A stretch of 10,548 bases of DNA, taken from positions 1-10,548 of the forward strand of contig JBBKWS010000083.1 in NCBI GenBank assembly GCA_037969075.1, in the 5' to 3' direction. Made by a program: the position numbers and the translations under genes. This DNA comes from Bdellovibrionales bacterium (GTDB taxonomy: Bacteria; Bdellovibrionota; Bdellovibrionia; Bdellovibrionales; UBA840). Positions 6,398-10,548 of the stretch are shown here, piece after piece (within the stretch, counting starts at the first letter, position 1; each line of letters opens with the position of its first letter). The notes under the pieces were generated by a model. That model made no database searches and was not told where the DNA came from. It saw nothing but the letters and a program-made list of their open reading frames with translations.

Positions 6398-7546
6398 ATG
6401 AATAAATCTATTTATAGTACGGTATTATTATTCTCATTCTCTATATTAGTTGCAGTGTCTTATCAAAACTGCGGTGACGTGGGCGGGACATCGCCGTTTG
6501 ATGTTGAAGACATTAAAACAGTTGATGGAAATGGTGCTCAAAATAATGGGAATTACCTGTCTCTACAATTTACAAATAGCCCTACTATTCAAAACAGTGT
6601 TTTGACAGCAAATTTTTCGTGTAACTATACACCATTTAGTTACAATTCTCACATTGTAAGTATCACGGTGGCCTCATCATCAGGAAATTATTCGCAGTCA
6701 TGGACTACTTATTGCTCAGGTTCAAATTTTCAAATTTCAAAGACATTAAATTCTAGCTATATATCTACAAACACACACACAGTAACTGCTGTACTCACTG
6801 GGATTGCCAGTAACGGTGAGCCAGTGCCTGGTGGTGCTGGTGCGACAGCTACTGCTAGTATTGGGCAGGGGTTTATATATCCAGCGTCAACTCAAATATT
6901 CACGCAGGATTTTTCGAGTCTTGCAGAGGGTGGCAGTCAGTTTAGAGATGTGGTTGCTTTAAACTCAGTGCCGCAAAATTACTATCCCTACACGGCGCTT
7001 CGTGGAAAATTAGAGTTTAGAGTAGGGGCTGCAATACCTTTAAGTAATACAAGTGGAATCAGTTATGGAATACTAGAGCTACTCCCATATGAAATTCAGG
7101 GGACAGCTTTTCCTGAATATAGTATGGGTGTTTCAAGGTATACGACGCAATCACCTGTGCGAGACTTTCATAGACTCATACAGGGCGGGTTTACTGAGAC
7201 ACCTCAAGAGGTTCCTTTCTCTGGAGCGGATAACAGGACTGCCTTTTTGCCAAATCATACGTATGTTGTCGATTTTGTGATAAGAAAAAATGGTAGTTTT
7301 TTTATGAAAATATATGATGTAAGCGCTCCTTCTGTAGCACTTTATCTTACTAATAGGACTGTTAATAATCCATTAGACAATTTTTATTCAGATTTATTTG
7401 GTACAAGTCGGATGACTATAAGATTAGGGCAAACTTCATCAGGCACAAGCTATCACTCTGGATTCAGTAGTGTGCGTCTGTATTATAAAGTGTGTGGATA
7501 CGTAAATAGTTCTTACGATACTACGTGTTCTGAAACAGCATTATAA
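6398..7546 (+). CDS. Putative lipoprotein, Ser/Thr/Asn/Gly-rich, beta-rich, 382 aa
   Basis: Signal peptide MNKSIYSTVLLFSFSILVAVSYQN-C followed by a flexible linker; AGAGG SD upstream; two further Cys pairs; no recognisable catalytic motif. Confidence 0.75.
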   Translation: MNKSIYSTVLLFSFSILVAVSYQNCGDVGGTSPFDVEDIKTVDGNGAQNNGNYLSLQFTNSPTIQNSVLTANFSCNYTPFSYNSHIVSITVASSSGNYSQSWTTYCSGSNFQISKTLNSSYISTNTHTVTAVLTGIASNGEPVPGGAGATATASIGQGFIYPASTQIFTQDFSSLAEGGSQFRDVVALNSVPQNYYPYTALRGKLEFRVGAAIPLSNTSGISYGILELLPYEIQGTAFPEYSMGVSRYTTQSPVRDFHRLIQGGFTETPQEVPFSGADNRTAFLPNHTYVVDFVIRKNGSFFMKIYDVSAPSVALYLTNRTVNNPLDNFYSDLFGTSRMTIRLGQTSSGTSYHSGFSSVRLYYKVCGYVNSSYDTTCSETAL

Positions 7547-7594
7547 ATAATATGAATTAGTAACTGGATTTTTTAAAAATAGGTGGAAAGATTT

Positions 7595-8527
7595 ATGAAA
7601 AGAATATCAATAATTAGCTCTCTACTGTTTACGTTCTTTATAGGAACGGCTGTTTTGTTTCAAAATTGCTCTAAGCCCCTACAGGATGTAAGCGGTGATG
7701 GTGGTGGAGATTCTACCTGCGTAGGTAGTGGCTGTGGAACAAGCGGTACTATTGGAGCTATCATATCAACATCCCCGGGTGGTGCTTATGCTAATGAAGT
7801 GGATTTAAATAAAAACTATTATGCAAGGTATACTGGGTTCGCTAACGCTAACGATATTTATGCCTGCGCGCAAATATTTACTGGTGCAAATGCAGACTGT
7901 CCAAACGAAAACCATAGACCTATTGGGAATGATATAGGCTTTACGTTTACTAACGGTGTTGGGCAAAAAGAAGAGCTAGCTTGTCCATTATCAAATTGCA
8001 CTATCTTTAGTCATTCTGTTTTTTACGGAAGTAGTTTTCAACTAGAGGTCGCTAACGCTGATTATTCTAAAAAAATTAAGCGAGTGTTCTATGTTCGTCC
8101 GCCACACTTGTCTTCAGGATTTAATGAGCAGGCAGTTTGGTACACATTTAATAGTGATGGACGTGATCGAATCATTCATTGGGCTCAAAACAGGCCTGCT
8201 GTTAAGAGTTCGACAGGTGACAACCTTCTTAGTACCTATGTAGCAGAGGGAGAGGCGTTTTATTCTAACTGGTTTAATAACACTAGCAAGCCTATACAGA
8301 TTTGTATTAAATCTTTTTCTACTGCAAACGCACCAGCAGCATCAACATGCGCTAGCGGTGATTGGAACCCACTAGATTTACCGCATACAGTGACTAGTGC
8401 TGATGGTAAACATAAATACAATTTTAATGAAGACGGGCTTCCTGCTAATAAGTATGTTGCATTTATCAGAGATGCTAGCACACAAGCTGTATATAATTAT
8501 GCGACGACAGTAATAGTAGTCGAATAA
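7595..8527 (+). CDS. Putative Cys-rich lipoprotein with internal duplication, 310 aa
   Basis: Signal peptide MKRISIISSLLFTFFIGTAVLFQN-C and Gly/Ser linker. Start moved from GTG 7583 to ATG 7595 because AGGTGGA serves as an SD-like sequence and MKR gives a typical n-region. Confidence 0.75.
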   Translation: MKRISIISSLLFTFFIGTAVLFQNCSKPLQDVSGDGGGDSTCVGSGCGTSGTIGAIISTSPGGAYANEVDLNKNYYARYTGFANANDIYACAQIFTGANADCPNENHRPIGNDIGFTFTNGVGQKEELACPLSNCTIFSHSVFYGSSFQLEVANADYSKKIKRVFYVRPPHLSSGFNEQAVWYTFNSDGRDRIIHWAQNRPAVKSSTGDNLLSTYVAEGEAFYSNWFNNTSKPIQICIKSFSTANAPAASTCASGDWNPLDLPHTVTSADGKHKYNFNEDGLPANKYVAFIRDASTQAVYNYATTVIVVE

Positions 8528-8530
8528 TTA

Positions 8531-9580
8531 CTAGTTTTTTACCCCGTGGGCGCGCGATTCAAAGTAACCCGCGGAACTCATCTCTACAAAAAATGCTTTT
8601 TTGCACATTTCATGAATTTCTCCGGCATCGACATAGGTCATGCCTGATCTAATTCCACCACAAAGTTCATTCACTACATCTTTTGTGTGTCCCTTGATAT
8701 TAATCATGGTTGCTTCACCCTCAGCTGCCATTCCTTCAGGAACGCCTCCGCGCCAAGAGTTTTGCGCGGCCTTTGATGCCATACCACGATATTGCTTTTT
8801 ACCGCTCTTAATCTCCCCAGGAGATTCTAAGGTTCCGGCTAAAAGAGATCCAAGCATTACAGACTCTGCTCCCGCACACAGGGCTTTAACGATGTCCCCA
8901 GAGGTTTTAACACCACCATCTGCAATCAATGGTACATTGTGGGCTTTAGCAATTTCTGCGCAAAGTGCGACTGCAGTAAACTGTGGAACTCCGCAACCTG
9001 TGATGATTCTTGTAGTACACATTGAACCTGGCCCAATTCCAACTTTGATAGCGTCAGCGCCTGCTTCAATTAAATCTTGTGCAGCTTCTGGGGTTGCAAT
9101 ATTACCAGCAACAATTTCGACATCTGGAAACGCATTTTTTAAATCTTTCATAGTCTCAAGCATCGCAATCGAATGGCCGTGAGCTATATCTATAGTTAGT
9201 ACATTTGCTCCTGCAGCAATTAGTGCTTTTGCGCGGTCCATAGATTCAGCGTTTACACCAACACTGGCAGACAAGATGGTGACTCCTGCATCACGGGCCT
9301 TCCTCATCTCGGCAACTTGCTGTTCGATCGTCATAAAACGGTGAAGAATGGCTACGCCGCCAAGTTTATGCATCGCTATCATCATTTCGGCTTCTGACAC
9401 AGTATCCATATTGGCAGCAATGAGAGGGATAGATATTTTATGTTTTTTAGTAAAAGGAGTAGCAAGGCTTGGATCACGACGGGAGCGCATATTTAATTTT
9501 TGCGGCACAATCAGCACATCGTCATAAGTCAAAGCTCTAGATCTGTCGGCAATTTGTTGCCATTGAAAACGTAAGGACAT
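8531..9580 (-). CDS. IMPDH/GMPR-family oxidoreductase without CBS domains; probable GMP reductase, 349 aa
   Basis: LTYDDVLIVP, PLIAANMDTV, ILHRFM, IDIAHGHS, IKVGIGPGSMCTTR (catalytic Cys loop), IADGG, YRGMAS. The family is certain; guaC versus guaB is unresolved (see findings). AGGAG SD lies inside the end of the upstream gene. Confidence 0.9.
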   Translation of the reverse strand: MSLRFQWQQIADRSRALTYDDVLIVPQKLNMRSRRDPSLATPFTKKHKISIPLIAANMDTVSEAEMMIAMHKLGGVAILHRFMTIEQQVAEMRKARDAGVTILSASVGVNAESMDRAKALIAAGANVLTIDIAHGHSIAMLETMKDLKNAFPDVEIVAGNIATPEAAQDLIEAGADAIKVGIGPGSMCTTRIITGCGVPQFTAVALCAEIAKAHNVPLIADGGVKTSGDIVKALCAGAESVMLGSLLAGTLESPGEIKSGKKQYRGMASKAAQNSWRGGVPEGMAAEGEATMINIKGHTKDVVNELCGGIRSGMTYVDAGEIHEMCKKAFFVEMSSAGYFESRAHGVKN

Positions 9581-9582
9581 AA

Positions 9583-10287
9583 TTACTCCTGAAATTCGGT
9601 TTGGGCCCTAGGGAATATAGCAAAGAAATAGCTCCCAATGAATAAATAAATGAAGATATCGATAAAAAATGTGGCTGTAAATACAAAGAAGTGATTGATC
9701 ACACCTTCAGGTAGCACAGCTGCGATTAGAGCATTACTAACAACTGCAAAGGCTATGTAGATAAGGTAAATAATAAGCAAATTTTTCTTATGTCCCTCAG
9801 TCACATTTCTGGATGACTCAAGCGCATCCACATTTCCGGCAGCGTAATCTTTACTAAATAAGACGATAGGGCCAACAAACAGGAGTTTAAAAAACTCTAT
9901 AAACCCTGGAACTATTAAAAGTAGAGTTTTAAGTAAAATTGGTAGTACGCAACGTAGGTATTCAGCAAATACTTGGCTGAAGTACTTCTTTATGGACCTT
10001 AAAGGGTTTTTTAAGCGTTTGTTGAAGTAGAGTCCATAGAGAAGAATAAACAAAAATATTTGCTTAAATATCTGAATTAAATAATCAAGTATTGCTTGGG
10101 CTATAAGTGTAACCAAGCGGATTTTATCTATATCTGGGGTTGGATTTTTAAATTGTTCCATTTGTAAGAAAAAAATAAGACTAAACGGGTAGAGTACGAT
10201 GAATAATAAAAAAACTTCTTTTTGGTAGGTCTTTAAAAACTCAAAATAATGTTTCTTAATCCACTGAAATGAATCACGTAAAGGCAT
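9583..10287 (-). CDS. Integral membrane protein (about 5-6 TM), DUF975-like, 234 aa
   Basis: Multiple hydrophobic helices; LLLIVPGFI...ALESSRNVTEGHKKNLL pattern typical of the DUF975/GDPD-membrane-domain-like group; AGGAG SD; stop 2 nt before the next start. Confidence 0.7.
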   Translation of the reverse strand: MPLRDSFQWIKKHYFEFLKTYQKEVFLLFIVLYPFSLIFFLQMEQFKNPTPDIDKIRLVTLIAQAILDYLIQIFKQIFLFILLYGLYFNKRLKNPLRSIKKYFSQVFAEYLRCVLPILLKTLLLIVPGFIEFFKLLFVGPIVLFSKDYAAGNVDALESSRNVTEGHKKNLLIIYLIYIAFAVVSNALIAAVLPEGVINHFFVFTATFFIDIFIYLFIGSYFFAIFPRAQTEFQE

Positions 10288-10416
10288 AGGGGCTCCTGTT
10301 ATTATTCGAACGCCCTAGAGTTCACTATAAAACGGATCGGATGTCAGCTAGTGTTGCTGCTCTTGCTTAGTTTTTGCGCTATAAATACAGGATTTTACTG
10401 GTTTTTCGATTTTTTA

Positions 10417-10445
10417 ATGACAAAAAAAACCTAAGCTCGTAGAAA
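10417..10445 (+). promoter_or_regulatory. Candidate sigma70 promoter for tRNA
   Basis: ATGACA-N17-TAGAAA preceded by T-tracts (UP-element-like), 23 nt before the tRNA 5' end. Confidence 0.35.
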
Positions 10446-10468
10446 AGACGTTCCGATTTCAAATGTAG

Positions 10469-10548
10469 GCCCCGGTGGCGAAATTGGTAGACGCACAGGA
10501 CTTAAAATCCTGGGATCCTTCATCGGATCGTGCCAGTTCAAGTCTGGC
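10469..10548 (+). tRNA. tRNA-Leu (anticodon UAA), 3' acceptor strand truncated by window end
   Basis: GCCCCGG 5' acceptor strand; D-arm TGGCGAAATTGGTAGACGC; anticodon stem CAGGA/TCCTG with loop CTTAAAA (TAA at 10503-10505); long variable arm GATCC/GGATC; T-arm GCCAG-TTCAAGT-CTGGC. Confidence 0.96.

Noticed and set aside
7089..7280. 63-aa alternative-frame ORF inside the first lipoprotein gene
   Set aside because: Fully nested out-of-frame ORF with no convincing SD or motif.
8260..8481. 73-aa minus-strand ORF
   Set aside because: Antisense shadow of the second lipoprotein gene.
8640..9182. 180-aa plus-strand ORF
   Set aside because: Antisense shadow of the conserved IMPDH/GMPR gene.
10303..10329. 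Possible sigma28-like TATA-N15-TTCGAATA on the minus strand upstream of the membrane protein gene
   Set aside because: Spacing fits, but the -10 box is too degenerate to call in AT-rich DNA.
10469..10548. tRNA-Leu as an integration (att) site for an island covering this window
   Set aside because: No integrase and no duplicated tRNA 3' fragment seen in the window; any island would normally lie beyond the truncated 3' end.

Overview
AT-rich bacterial chromosomal window, probably from a Bdellovibrionota-like organism (inferred from two [YF]QNC-type lipoprotein signal peptides, a membrane PilZ protein and clear sigma28/sigma54 promoter motifs; not proven). From left to right: a complete ~1.03-kb insertion sequence (27-bp terminal inverted repeats) encoding an IS1/IS1595-like transposase with Asn at the third catalytic position; an unannotated 50-aa basic ORF and a glycine-zipper stress/membrane protein; leucine (Glu/Leu/Phe/Val) dehydrogenase with a terminator; a secreted hypothetical + SDR pair on the minus strand; a secreted protein behind a near-consensus sigma54 promoter; a divergent module with two back-to-back sigma28 (FliA)-type promoters and a central IHF-consensus site, driving a small Cys/His protein plus a degenerate membrane PilZ protein leftward and two Cys-containing lipoproteins rightward; a CBS-less IMPDH/GMPR-family enzyme that looks more like GMP reductase, with an upstream membrane protein; and a tRNA-Leu(UAA) cut off by the window edge. 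The best candidates for undescribed biology are the atypical IS and the divergent sigma28 module. All family calls come from motif recognition by eye; no searches were run.
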